Assembly (NCBI GenBank): GCA_016793065.1
Contig: JAEULV010000112.1
Location: 6,279 to 30,278, forward strand
Source: Hyphomicrobiaceae bacterium
GTDB taxonomy: Bacteria > Pseudomonadota > Alphaproteobacteria > Rhizobiales > Ancalomicrobiaceae
Direction of reading: 5' to 3'
Length of the DNA: 24,000 nt
Below are positions 9,263 through 17,706 of the stretch, piece by piece (the stretch's first letter is position 1; each line of letters starts with the position of its first letter). The notes under the pieces are model-generated. The model was given only the letters and a program-made list of their open reading frames with translations. It made no database searches and was not told the DNA's origin. The translations under genes were made by a program, and so were the position numbers.

Positions 9263-10036
9263 ATGGCGCGGTTCGAACGCTCCGGCCAACCAGCGCGACC
9301 CATGAGCGAGCCCATGATCGACCCATTGACCGAACCGACCGCCGCCGAAACGCCGGCCCCGATCGCCGCCGACGGCAAGACCGCCGGGGAACGGCTGGCG
9401 GCGATCCGGCACCGCATCGCCCGGGCGGAGAAGATCCATCATCGTCCGGCGGGGGTGACGACGCTGATCGCGGTGTCGAAGACCTTCGAGGCCGAGGACA
9501 TCGCGCCGCTGATCGCGGCGGGGCAGCGGGTGTTCGGCGAGAACCGGGTGCAGGAGGCGAAGGCGAAGTGGCCGGCGCTGATGGCGACGACGCCGGGGAT
9601 CGAGCTGCACCTGATCGGGCCGCTGCAATCGAACAAGGCGCGCGAAGCGGTCGAGCTGTTCGACGCGATTCATTCGGTCGACCGGGAGAAGATCGCGGTC
9701 GAGCTGGCGCGGGAATGCGAGCGGCAGGGACGGAGGCCGAAGCTGTTCGTCCAGGTCAATACCGGGCTCGAACCGCAGAAGGCGGGGATCGATCCGCGCG
9801 AGGCGGCGGCCTTTGTCGCGCGCTGCCGGGGCGAGCACGGGCTGACGATCGCCGGGCTGATGTGCATTCCGCCGGCGGAGGACGCGCCGGGGCCGCATTT
9901 CGCGCTGCTGGCCAAGCTCGGACGCGAGATCGGCGTCGAGGCGCTGTCGATGGGCATGTCGGCGGATTTCGAGACGGCGGTGCAGTTCGGCGCCAGCCAT
10001 GTGCGGGTGGGCAGCGCGCTGTTCGGGCATAGATGA
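9263..10036 (+). CDS. yggS: YggS-family pyridoxal-phosphate homeostasis protein
   Basis: VTTLIAVSKTFEAEDI carries the PLP lysine. Also present are GQRVFGENRVQEA, LHLIGPLQSNK, LSMGMSADFETAV and HVRVGSALFG. The start is uncertain: alternative ATGs lie at 9302 and 9314. Confidence 0.9.
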   Translation: MARFERSGQPARPMSEPMIDPLTEPTAAETPAPIAADGKTAGERLAAIRHRIARAEKIHHRPAGVTTLIAVSKTFEAEDIAPLIAAGQRVFGENRVQEAKAKWPALMATTPGIELHLIGPLQSNKAREAVELFDAIHSVDREKIAVELARECERQGRRPKLFVQVNTGLEPQKAGIDPREAAAFVARCRGEHGLTIAGLMCIPPAEDAPGPHFALLAKLGREIGVEALSMGMSADFETAVQFGASHVRVGSALFGHR

Positions 10037-10120
10037 CGGGGTGCGGCGAAGCGGGCCTTCTCACCGAGGCGTGAGCGGTTTCACCCAAGCGTGACTCGCC
10101 TGTGATCGTCGAGCCGGGGT

Positions 10121-10918
10121 ATGGCAATGGGCATGACCAGAATTGCTCGCAGACCATTGATGTCGGGTTTGGCGCTTGCCGCGCTTGGCCTTGGCCTGTT
10201 CCCGTCCAGCGGGCACGGCCAGTCGCCCGGCGACGGCCCCCGCGCGGTGGTGGAACTGTTCACGTCGCAGGGCTGTTCGTCCTGTCCGCCGGCCGACCGG
10301 CTGATGGGGGAGCTGGCGCGGGATCCGAAGCTCGTCGTGCTGACCTGGCCGGTGGACTACTGGGACTATCTCGGCTGGAAGGACACGCTGGCGCGGCCGG
10401 ACTTCACCGCGCGGCAGAAGGCCTATGCGGAGGCGCGCGGCGACCGGGCGGTCTATACGCCGCAGGTGGTGGTCGGCGGGCTCGACCATGTGGTCGGAAG
10501 CGATCACGGCAAGATCAGCGCCGCCATGACATCGCAGCAGGCGAAGCTCGGGGCGATGCCGATCGTGCCGGACATTGCCGTTGCCGGCGATGTGGTCGCG
10601 GTCAAGGTGCCGGGTCGCAGCGAGGTCGCCGACCTCGGCGGCAGCAAGGCGACGGTTTGGATGGTGTCGATCAAGCGGCAGATGACGGTGTCGATCGGCC
10701 GGGGCGAGAATTCCGGCGCGACCGTGACCTATACCAACGTGGTGCGCGGGGTGCAGTCGCTCGGCATGTGGAAGGGCACGGCGCTGAACATCGAGTTTCC
10801 GCGTTCGGAACTGGATCGGGTCGCCGCCGACGGCTGCGTCGTGCTGGTGCAGATGCACATGGCGGGCAAGCCCGCACGGATCATCGGCGCGGCGTCGCTG
10901 CCGATGGCGGGGCTGTGA
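10121..10918 (+). CDS. Secreted DUF1223-family protein (thioredoxin-like fold, CxxC)
   Basis: It has an N-terminal signal peptide (RRPLMSGLALAALGLGLF) followed by the hallmark VVELFTSQGCSSCPPAD...WPVDYWDYLGWKD. Confidence 0.8.
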   Translation: MAMGMTRIARRPLMSGLALAALGLGLFPSSGHGQSPGDGPRAVVELFTSQGCSSCPPADRLMGELARDPKLVVLTWPVDYWDYLGWKDTLARPDFTARQKAYAEARGDRAVYTPQVVVGGLDHVVGSDHGKISAAMTSQQAKLGAMPIVPDIAVAGDVVAVKVPGRSEVADLGGSKATVWMVSIKRQMTVSIGRGENSGATVTYTNVVRGVQSLGMWKGTALNIEFPRSELDRVAADGCVVLVQMHMAGKPARIIGAASLPMAGL

Positions 10919-10968
10919 GCGGGCGACGAAACGGCGGCCGGTGATCCCTTGCCGCCGGGTGGCCGGCG

Positions 10969-11340
10969 TTAGGCGTCGACGATCCGCAGGTGCTTGTCGA
11001 AGACCTTGAGCACGCGGTCGAGATCGGCGCCGCGTTTCAGGATCATGCCGCCGGCGGCAACGACGCTGTAGGCGCCCTGGCGCTCGGCCAGCTTCGGGTT
11101 CTTCTCGATGCGATAGAGCGGCATCTCGGCGGTGCGGCGGAACACCGAGAACACCGCCTTGTCGGGGGTGTGGTCGATGGCATAGTCGCGCCATTCGCCG
11201 GCGGCGACCATGCGGCCATAGACCCGCAGGATTTGTGACAGTTCGTGGCGATCGAAGCTGACGTCCCGTTGGGGGCGGCCGGGGGCGGGAAAGACGCGCA
11301 CCACGCCGCCGACGGAGAGACTATCTTCGATCTCGCTCAT
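10969..11340 (-). CDS. DUF2794-family protein (alphaproteobacterial conserved hypothetical)
   Basis: The ATG at 11340 is preceded by GGGAGGG with a 4-nt spacer. The sequence VSFDRHELSQILRVYGRMVAAGEWRDYAIDH...FSVFRRTAEMPLYRIEK matches what I recall of DUF2794. The ORF track start at 11373 lacks an RBS. Confidence 0.75.
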   Translation of the reverse strand: MSEIEDSLSVGGVVRVFPAPGRPQRDVSFDRHELSQILRVYGRMVAAGEWRDYAIDHTPDKAVFSVFRRTAEMPLYRIEKNPKLAERQGAYSVVAAGGMILKRGADLDRVLKVFDKHLRIVDA

Positions 11341-11730
11341 CGAGCCCTCCCAGCAACATCCGATCGACAACATCAGATCCGTCTTAGGCCGCGCCCGGCA
11401 CAGCCGGACCCGTCAGCGGCCTTCATGCGATTGTCATGATTGCCCGGAGCCGGGAGACTGGCAAGAGCCAATACGCGAAAACCCGAGCGCATGCCGATGT
11501 GTCCCGAGATCGACCCCCGTAACGGCCGGCTCGCGGATTCGTGAGGGGCGCCGCAATTCCGCCATCAACGGGTCAACAGGCGGCCACGATGGCCCGGCAA
11601 AGTCTTTTGCATCGGTTCGGTCGGCCCGGTTCGCCCGGCTTCCGGCATTCAGCCCCCAGCCCCCCTCCGTGAGGCCTGGACGGGCCGGGTCGCCGATCCG
11701 ATGTGGTGTTGTACCAACTCAGACGAAACT

Positions 11731-11760
11731 CGGGCCGCGCAAGCGGCCCGTTTGTTTTTG
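11731..11760 (+). terminator. Orphan plus-strand Rho-independent terminator
   Basis: CGGGCCGC-GCAA-GCGGCCCG (8-bp stem, GNRA loop) followed by TTTGTTTTTG. No annotated plus-strand gene lies upstream within 800 bp. Confidence 0.65.
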
Positions 11761-11780
11761 CGCCCCGCCCGATCGGACGG

Positions 11781-11811
11781 GCAACGCAAAACGGGCCGCT
11801 CGCGCGGCCCG
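11781..11811 (-). terminator. Rho-independent terminator of ppa
   Basis: On the minus strand: CGGGCCGC-GCGA-GCGGCCCG followed by TTTTGCGTTGCC, about 57 nt after the ppa stop. The stem is identical to that of the plus-strand terminator 61 bp away. Confidence 0.7.
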
Positions 11812-11867
11812 TGCTGGTCTCTTCGCTCATCGTCAGCCGCATCGACCGAGGTCGATGGACGAGCCGA

Positions 11868-12419
11868 TCACTCGGCGGCCTTGTCGGCTTTATCAGCCTT
11901 ATAGCGCTCCATGCCCTCGACGATCAGGCGGCGGGCGTCGTCATCGTCGCCCCACAGCTTGACCTTGACCCACTTGCCCGGCTCGAGATCCTTGTAGTGC
12001 TCGAAGAAGTGCTGGATCTGCTGCAGGGTGATTTCCGGCAGATCCTTGTAGGACTTCACCTTGTCGTAGCGCTTGGTCAGCTTGTGCGAGGGCACCGCCA
12101 GCAGCTTTTCGTCGTGACCGGCCTCGTCTTCCATGAACAGCACGCCGATCGGGCGGCAGTTGATGATGGCGCCGGGGAAGATCTCACGGGTGTTGACGAC
12201 GATGACGTCGACCGGGTCGCCGTCATCCGACAGGGTGTGGGGAATGAAGCCGTAATTGCCGGGGTAGCGCATCGAGGTGTAGAGGAAGCGGTCGACGACC
12301 AGCGTGCCGGCTTCCTTGTCCATCTCGTACTTGATCGGTTCGCCGCCGATCGGCACTTCGATGATGACATTGATGTCGTCCGGCGGGTTGTTGCCGACCT
12401 TAATGGCGTCAATACGCAT
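11868..12419 (-). CDS. ppa: Inorganic pyrophosphatase (family I)
   Basis: From the ATG at 12419: [72 protein letters not shown], the canonical family-I PPase core. It is 183 aa. The ORF-track N-terminal extension to 12581 is not PPase-like. Confidence 0.95.
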   Translation of the reverse strand: MRIDAIKVGNNPPDDINVIIEVPIGGEPIKYEMDKEAGTLVVDRFLYTSMRYPGNYGFIPHTLSDDGDPVDVIVVNTREIFPGAIINCRPIGVLFMEDEAGHDEKLLAVPSHKLTKRYDKVKSYKDLPEITLQQIQHFFEHYKDLEPGKWVKVKLWGDDDDARRLIVEGMERYKADKADKAAE

Positions 12420-12635
12420 CTGCGCAGCTCCGTTTGAGGCGGCGTTCAGTCTGGCGACGCCGCGCACTTGCCATCGTCCCCGAACGGGCGCCCAGGGTGG
12501 CTCGTGATTCCGGATGTCCCAATAGCGTTCGAAACAGGGCGGCGCAATTCGCAATCCGGGGAATAGCCGCGCGAAAACCACTTGCGGCAGGCCATGGTAA
12601 AGACCGTGCGCCAGGTGGGCCGAGATCGTGGCGCC

Positions 12636-13145
12636 TCAGGCCGCCCAGCCGAAGACGGCGACTGGAAGCACCGTCTCGCCGATGCGCTCGGCGGTATCGG
12701 CAACCGGCGTGCCGCCCATGCGGCCATAGAAGCCGACGGCGCCGTCATTGGCGCGCAGGACGCGGACGGCAAAGCTCTTGAGGCCGTAGCGGGCAAGTTC
12801 GGCACGGGCGGCGGCGAAAAGATGCCGGCCGAAGCCGAGGCCCTGATATTCGGGCTTGAGGTAGATCTCGTAGATCTCGCCGACATAGGGCAGGCTGCGC
12901 ATCCGCGTCGGACCAAGGGTGGCATAGCCGGCGACGGCGCCGCCGAATTCCATCACCAGCACCACCGCGTGCCGGCGCAGGGCATTGCGCCACCAGACCG
13001 CGCCGCGCCGCTCGACGATGCGTTCGAGGTCGCGTCCGGGAATGACGCCCCGATAGGCGAGGCGCCAGGCTTCATCGTGGACCTGAGCGATCGCGGCGAC
13101 GTCCTGGTCCCGGGCGCGCCGAACTCCGATCTGTCCTAGTCTCAT
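12636..13145 (-). CDS. GNAT-family N-acetyltransferase
   Basis: From the ATG at 13145: MRLGQIGVRRARDQDVAAIAQVHDEAW... with the acetyl-CoA motif YLKPEYQGLGFGRHLF (Q/RxxGxG/A). It is 169 aa. Confidence 0.8.
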   Translation of the reverse strand: MRLGQIGVRRARDQDVAAIAQVHDEAWRLAYRGVIPGRDLERIVERRGAVWWRNALRRHAVVLVMEFGGAVAGYATLGPTRMRSLPYVGEIYEIYLKPEYQGLGFGRHLFAAARAELARYGLKSFAVRVLRANDGAVGFYGRMGGTPVADTAERIGETVLPVAVFGWAA

Positions 13146-13240
13146 GTGACAAGCGTAAGCGGCATCGGGGTTTTCACGCAAGGGGGGATTTGCCCGCACC
13201 GAATGCAAGGCAGACCCGCCGCGCATTCACGATCGCGCGA

Positions 13241-14038
13241 TCAGGCCGGGGTGCGGCTTCCGGGGATCAGCCGGCGCAGGGCAAGGCCGGCGCGGGTGAG
13301 GGCGGCCTCGAGCCGGGCGTTGAAGTCGGCACCGCATTCGACCAGCAGCCACTGGCGCAGGATGAGGATGACCATCAGCACCAGGCACCAGGCGAGCAGC
13401 ACGTCGGAGAGGTAGTGACCGCCGAAGACGATGCGGTTGGCACTCATCACCAGGGCCCAGCCGAGGGCCAGAAGCGCGACCGGGCGACGCCAGCCGACCG
13501 GGACGACGAAGGCGAAGGCCAGCATCCAGAAGGACGAGGCCGATTCGCCCGAGACGAAGGAACAGTTGCTCGAGCACTGGTCGGCGATGGCCCAGGGCGG
13601 CGAGAAGGTGAGATCGCCGCCGAACAGGTCGGTCTGGCGCGGCCGGGCGCGGCCCCAGAATTCCTTGAGGACGACATTGACCACGAGGCCGGGGCCGATG
13701 GCCTGGGAAGCTGCGAGGAACAGCAGGGCGCGCGGCGGAATCAGCGTCGGGCGTTGCGGCAGGGCGAGCTTGAGGATCAGCACGACGACGAAGACGGCGA
13801 TGACGGCGCGGGTGGTGAACATGCCGAGGGCGCGCAGATCGCGCAGGAACGGTACCTGTTCGGCGGGAAAGCCCTGTCCGGCGGCATGGAACCAGCCCGA
13901 TACCGTCAGATCGATCGACGGAGCGAGCAGAAACACGGCACTCAACACGGTGGTGACGAACAGAGTCACCGCGATCGGATGGGCGCCGACGAGATCGAGA
14001 ACCAGATCGATGCGCGAGGAAGGCAAGGGTGCTGACAA
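13241..14038 (-). CDS. PAP2-superfamily membrane (lipid) phosphatase, atypical C2 motif
   Basis: The motifs are KEFWGRARP (Kx6RP), SFVSGESAS (in place of PSGH) and NRIVFGGHYLSD (SRx5Hx3D-like), with several TM helices. The start is uncertain. The ORF is open to 14254, but that N-terminus is Pro/Arg-rich and would overlap the divergent GNAT. TTG candidates lie at 14038 and 14026, just before the first TM segment. Confidence 0.7.
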   Translation of the reverse strand: MSAPLPSSRIDLVLDLVGAHPIAVTLFVTTVLSAVFLLAPSIDLTVSGWFHAAGQGFPAEQVPFLRDLRALGMFTTRAVIAVFVVVLILKLALPQRPTLIPPRALLFLAASQAIGPGLVVNVVLKEFWGRARPRQTDLFGGDLTFSPPWAIADQCSSNCSFVSGESASSFWMLAFAFVVPVGWRRPVALLALGWALVMSANRIVFGGHYLSDVLLAWCLVLMVILILRQWLLVECGADFNARLEAALTRAGLALRRLIPGSRTPA

Positions 14039-14216
14039 GGGCGGTCTCGACTGTGTAGGGTCGAGGCAGATGTAGCGCGTCGGCGGCCGCGATCCAAGCG
14101 GTGGCGCGACGGGAGATTTGCCGCGCCGGTGAGGGCTTGCACGGGTATCAAGAGCGGGATACCCCAAGGCTGACGACAGGCGACCGGCGGCGACCGGCGG
14201 CGGATCGAACCAGGGG

Positions 14217-14687
14217 ATGACCGGCATGCCCAATAGCAGCGGCCCAATCAGCATCGAATCGATGGCACCGGACGTGGCGCATCACCTGTCGCCGCTGATC
14301 GCCGCCTATGTGCAGGAGATGCAGCGCGGCGCGCCGCGTCGGCCGGATGACTATTACGCGGCGCTGCTGTTGCAGGACAAGACGGCGGAAGTGCTGGGGG
14401 TTCGAATCGGCGGCGAAATGGTCGGCTTCGCGCTGTACTTCGACCTGCCGGATGCGATCTCGGGCCTGCGGGCCGGGCAGATCGAGCTTCTCTACATCCT
14501 GCCGGAGCATCGCAAGTCGGGCGCGGCGCGGGCGCTGGTCGACCATCTGGTGACGATGGGCCATCAGCGCGATTGGGTACATCTGCGCTGGATGGTGCCG
14601 GAGAAGGTGACGGCGCAGGTGGAGGTCTATTCCAACCTGGCGCAGCCGGCGCCGTGGAAGAGCTACCTCATTCCGATGTCGAAGTGA
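14217..14687 (+). CDS. GNAT-family N-acetyltransferase
   Basis: The roughly 155-aa protein has LLYILPEHRKSGAARALVDHL (a motif-A-like RxxGxA). AGGGG at 12-16 of the 142xx decade favours the ATG at 14226 as the true start. Confidence 0.7.
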   Translation: MTGMPNSSGPISIESMAPDVAHHLSPLIAAYVQEMQRGAPRRPDDYYAALLLQDKTAEVLGVRIGGEMVGFALYFDLPDAISGLRAGQIELLYILPEHRKSGAARALVDHLVTMGHQRDWVHLRWMVPEKVTAQVEVYSNLAQPAPWKSYLIPMSK

Positions 14688-14732
14688 GGGTTCAGGCTAG
14701 CCGGCCGGCGGGTGGTGGCCCGTCGGCATTGG

Positions 14733-15983
14733 TCAGATCGGCTCGCCCTTGAGCAGGCGCGGCATGGCGGCGCCGATGCCGGCGGCCTCGCGGATGAAGC
14801 GGGCCTTGAGGCGGGGCAGGCGGTCGACGAGGCCGAGGCCGATGTCGCGCACCAGCCGCAGCGGACCGATGTCGTTGGAGAACAGCCGGTTGAGCACATC
14901 GGTGACGACGCCCATTTCCCAGGCATCGTAGCGGCGCCAGCGTTCGTAGCGCTCGAGCACATCGAGGGCGCCAATGTCCTGACCGAGGCGGCGGGCCTCG
15001 ACGACGACCTCGGCGAGGGCGGCGACGTCGCGCAGGCCGATGTTCAGGCCCTGGCCGGCGATCGGATGGATGCCGTGGGCGGCATCGCCGGCGAGGGCGA
15101 AGCGCGGCAGGACGAAGCCGCGCGCCAGCGTCAACCCGAGCGGATAGGCAAAGCGCGGCCCGACCGGCTCGATGGCGCCGAGGTGCTTGCCGAAGCGCCG
15201 CTCCAGCTCCAGGCCGAAGGTCAGGTCGTCGCCCTTGACCAGGCTGTCGGCGATGGCACGCTTTTCCGACCAGACCAGCGACGAGCGCGGCCGGCCGTCG
15301 GCGCCGGGCTTCAGCGGCAGGATGGCGAAGGGGCCGGAGGGCAGGAAGTGTTCCTCGGCGCAGCCTTCGTGATCACGTTCATGGGCGATGGTGGTGACGA
15401 TGCCGGACTGGTCGTAGTCCCAACGCACGGTCTTGATGCCGGCGAGATCGCGCAGCTGCGACTTGACGCCGTCGGCGGCGACCAGCAGGGCGGCGCGCAG
15501 TGTCCGACCGGACTTCAGCTTCAGCGCGACGTCGCCGGGACCGACGGCGAAGTCGGTGACGGCGTCGGGCATGATCAGCTCGACGCCGGCGGCGATGCAG
15601 CGGTCGAGCAGGCTGGCGATCATCGCGGCATTGGGCACCATGTGGGCAAAGGCCTCGCCGGTGTCGAGCTCGCCCTGGAAGGTGAGGAAGACCGGGCGGA
15701 TGGCGTCGCGGACCTTGCTGTCGGTGACGATCATCCGGGTCATCGGCTGGGCATGGGGGGCGATGGCGTCCCAGGCCTGCAATTGCTCGAACATTTGGCG
15801 GGCCGCGGCGGCGATGGCGGAGGCACGCGGATCGCGCCGCGCCGCCTCGGGCGTGCGGGCGTCGACGACGGCGACGCGGGTGCTGGGGTCGGCGGTACTG
15901 ATCGCCAGGCCAAGCGACAGGCCGACATAGCCGCCGCCGGCGATGACGATGTCGTGGGTGGGCTCGAACTTGAGGTCGGGCAT
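14733..15983 (-). CDS. FAD-dependent ubiquinone-biosynthesis hydroxylase, UbiH/UbiF/VisC/COQ6 family
   Basis: This 416-aa protein has the N-terminal Rossmann motif DIVIAGGGYVGLSLGLAI, the motif LVAADGVKSQLR, and the C-terminal FAD motif ALAGDAAHGIHPIAGQGLNIGLRDV. Confidence 0.9.
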   Translation of the reverse strand: MPDLKFEPTHDIVIAGGGYVGLSLGLAISTADPSTRVAVVDARTPEAARRDPRASAIAAAARQMFEQLQAWDAIAPHAQPMTRMIVTDSKVRDAIRPVFLTFQGELDTGEAFAHMVPNAAMIASLLDRCIAAGVELIMPDAVTDFAVGPGDVALKLKSGRTLRAALLVAADGVKSQLRDLAGIKTVRWDYDQSGIVTTIAHERDHEGCAEEHFLPSGPFAILPLKPGADGRPRSSLVWSEKRAIADSLVKGDDLTFGLELERRFGKHLGAIEPVGPRFAYPLGLTLARGFVLPRFALAGDAAHGIHPIAGQGLNIGLRDVAALAEVVVEARRLGQDIGALDVLERYERWRRYDAWEMGVVTDVLNRLFSNDIGPLRLVRDIGLGLVDRLPRLKARFIREAAGIGAAMPRLLKGEPI

Positions 15984-16110
15984 GGGGATCCCCGTCGCTG
16001 CGGATGACGTTTGCGCTCACATATCGGCAGGCGGGAGGAAAATCCAAGTGCGAATGATGACGCGCGCCCGGAATCACGCCAACACCGGCTCGACGCCAGC
16101 GGTCGGCGAT

Positions 16111-16138
16111 TTGATCCGGCGCCATTTTGGTCTATCTT
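16111..16138 (+). promoter_or_regulatory. Possible sigma-70-type promoter of the toxin-antitoxin operon
   Basis: TTGATC (16111-16116), a 16-nt spacer, then TATCTT (16133-16138), about 27 nt upstream of the antitoxin ATG. GGGAG SD at 16153-16157. Confidence 0.35.
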
Positions 16139-16164
16139 CAGTGCGGAGCAACGGGAGCGATGCC

Positions 16165-16410
16165 ATGGTTCTTGTGACCTTGCGGCTGGGCGACGACACG
16201 GCTGCCGGGCTTGAGCGGCTGGCGGCCCGGCTTGAGCGAACAAGCGTCGATGTCGCGACCCAGGCCATTGAAAGCTACATTCAATTCTCGGAAGGGCAGG
16301 TCGCCGAAATCGAAGCGGGCATTGCCGAAGCCGATCAGGGCGACTTCGCCAACGCCAGTGAGATCGCATCCGTGCTGGCGCGGTACATCAAGACCACCCC
16401 GACCGCATGA
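16165..16410 (+). CDS. Type II antitoxin, ribbon-helix-helix (CopG/ParD-like)
   Basis: The ATG at 16165 has GGGAG 7 nt upstream. The N-terminal beta-strand plus two helices (MVLVTLRLGDDTAAGLERLAARLERTSVDVATQAIESYI) look like an RHH fold. The stop overlaps the toxin start (ATGA at 16407-16410). Confidence 0.75.
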   Translation: MVLVTLRLGDDTAAGLERLAARLERTSVDVATQAIESYIQFSEGQVAEIEAGIAEADQGDFANASEIASVLARYIKTTPTA

Positions 16411-16700
16411 CGATGCCGACCATCCGCTGGACGCGGCGCGCATTGCGACGACTGGACGAGATCGGCGCGACGATTGCCGCGGCAGATCGCGCGGCGGCCG
16501 CGCGTGTCGTCGGTCGGATCGTCGAGCGTATCGACTCCCTCCCCGACAATCCGGAGAGCGGGCGTTCCGGCCGGGTCGCCGGAACCCGGGAACTGGTGAT
16601 CACCGACACCCGCTATGTCGTTGCCTATCGACTTCGCGGCAACGAGATCGAAATCCTGACGATCCTTCACTCGGCGCAGCTCTGGCCCCGGGCCTTCTGA
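16407..16700 (+). CDS. Type II toxin, RelE/ParE superfamily (ParE-like)
   Basis: This 97-aa protein shows the ParE_toxin pattern IRWTRRALRRLDEIGATIAA...RIDSLPDNPESGRSGRVAGTRELVITDTRYVVAYRLRGNEIEILTILHSAQ. It is translationally coupled to the upstream RHH gene. Confidence 0.85.
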   Translation: MTMPTIRWTRRALRRLDEIGATIAAADRAAAARVVGRIVERIDSLPDNPESGRSGRVAGTRELVITDTRYVVAYRLRGNEIEILTILHSAQLWPRAF

Positions 16701-16827
16701 GCCGCCTGCCCCATCCCGACAAAGCGGCAGGGTGGGGATGCGGCGGCGGGTGCTGGTCAAGGCGGTCGCGACTTGCTCTATTGGCGGGCGGATGGGCCGC
16801 GCCGGCCCGGGGACGAAGCGACCTGCC

Positions 16828-17706
16828 ATGAGCCAGCCGATGATGAATCCAGCCGTCAAGACCCTGCTTGAAACGCTCGATCTCGAGCAGCTGGAGGTCA
16901 ACCTGTTTCGCGGGTCGAGCCCGCAGGTGGGCTGGCAGCGGGTGTTCGGCGGGCAGGTGATCGGGCAGGCGCTGGTGGCGGCGTGCCGGACGGTCGAGGG
17001 GCGGTTTCCGCATTCGCTGCATGCGTATTTCCTGCTGCCGGGCGACCCGACCATTCCGATCGTCTACGAGGTCGACCGGATTCGCGACGGCAAGAGCTTC
17101 GCGACGCGGCGGGTGGTGGCGATCCAGCGCGGGCGGGCGATCTTCACGCTGGCGGCGTCGTTTCAGGCGGACGAGGTCGGGTTCGAGCATCAGGCGGTGA
17201 TGCCGAAGGTGCCGATGCCGGAGGAACTGCCGGGCGAGGCGGAAATGAAGGCGGGGATCCTGCCGAGCATTCCCGATCCGGTGCGGAAATATTACGAGCG
17301 GGAACGGCCGATCGAGCTGAAGCCGGTGGAGATCGAGCGCTATCTGAAGGGCGAGCCGATGGCGCCGGTGTTCCATGTCTGGATCCGGGCAACGTCGCGG
17401 CTGCCGGACGATCCGCTGCTGCATCGCTGCGTGCTGGCCTATGCCTCGGACATGACGCTGCTCGATTCGGCGCTGGTGGCGCATGGACGCACGGTGTTCG
17501 ATCCGAAGATCCAGGCGGCGAGCCTCGATCACGCCATGTGGATCCACCGGCCGTTCCGCGCCGACGAATGGCTGCTCTATGCCCAGGAAAGCCCGTCGAC
17601 GTCGGGCGGGCGCGGGTTTTCGCGCGGCAACATCTTTACCCGCGACGGCAAGCTGGTTGCGTCGGTGGCGCAGGAAGGGTTGCTGCGGGAAATGCGGTCG
17701 GAGTGA
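16828..17706 (+). CDS. tesB: Acyl-CoA thioesterase II
   Basis: From the ATG at 16828: LETLDLEQLEVNLFRGSSPQVGWQRVFGGQVIGQALVAA...HSLHAYFLLPGDP...YEVDRIRDGKSFATRRV...QEGLLR, a double hot-dog TesB. It is 292 aa. Confidence 0.92.
   Translation: MSQPMMNPAVKTLLETLDLEQLEVNLFRGSSPQVGWQRVFGGQVIGQALVAACRTVEGRFPHSLHAYFLLPGDPTIPIVYEVDRIRDGKSFATRRVVAIQRGRAIFTLAASFQADEVGFEHQAVMPKVPMPEELPGEAEMKAGILPSIPDPVRKYYERERPIELKPVEIERYLKGEPMAPVFHVWIRATSRLPDDPLLHRCVLAYASDMTLLDSALVAHGRTVFDPKIQAASLDHAMWIHRPFRADEWLLYAQESPSTSGGRGFSRGNIFTRDGKLVASVAQEGLLREMRSE

Noticed and set aside
9266-9282. GGTTCGAAC, a T-loop-like string that hints at a tRNA.
   Set aside because: No flanking T-stem, acceptor or anticodon arms can be drawn. 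It lies in the first codons of the yggS ORF. No other tRNA-like T-loops were seen in the intergenic regions.
11437-11672. Small plus-strand ORFs in the DUF2794-ppa spacer: 28 codons from 11437, 17 from 11491 and 27 from 11589.
   Set aside because: None has a convincing Shine-Dalgarno sequence. They are basic or Pro-rich with no hydrophobic or motif content, and their codon usage is not the GC3-rich pattern of real genes here. The region is treated as a candidate non-coding transcript.
14181-14200. Tandem 10-mer CGACCGGCGG x2 in the PAP2/GNAT divergent spacer, and a 7-bp hairpin GGGTATC…GATACCC at about 14142-14163.
   Set aside because: There are only two copies of a GC-rich 10-mer, and the hairpin is short with no T-tract. 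Both are compatible with chance or trivial slippage. There is no basis for a functional call.
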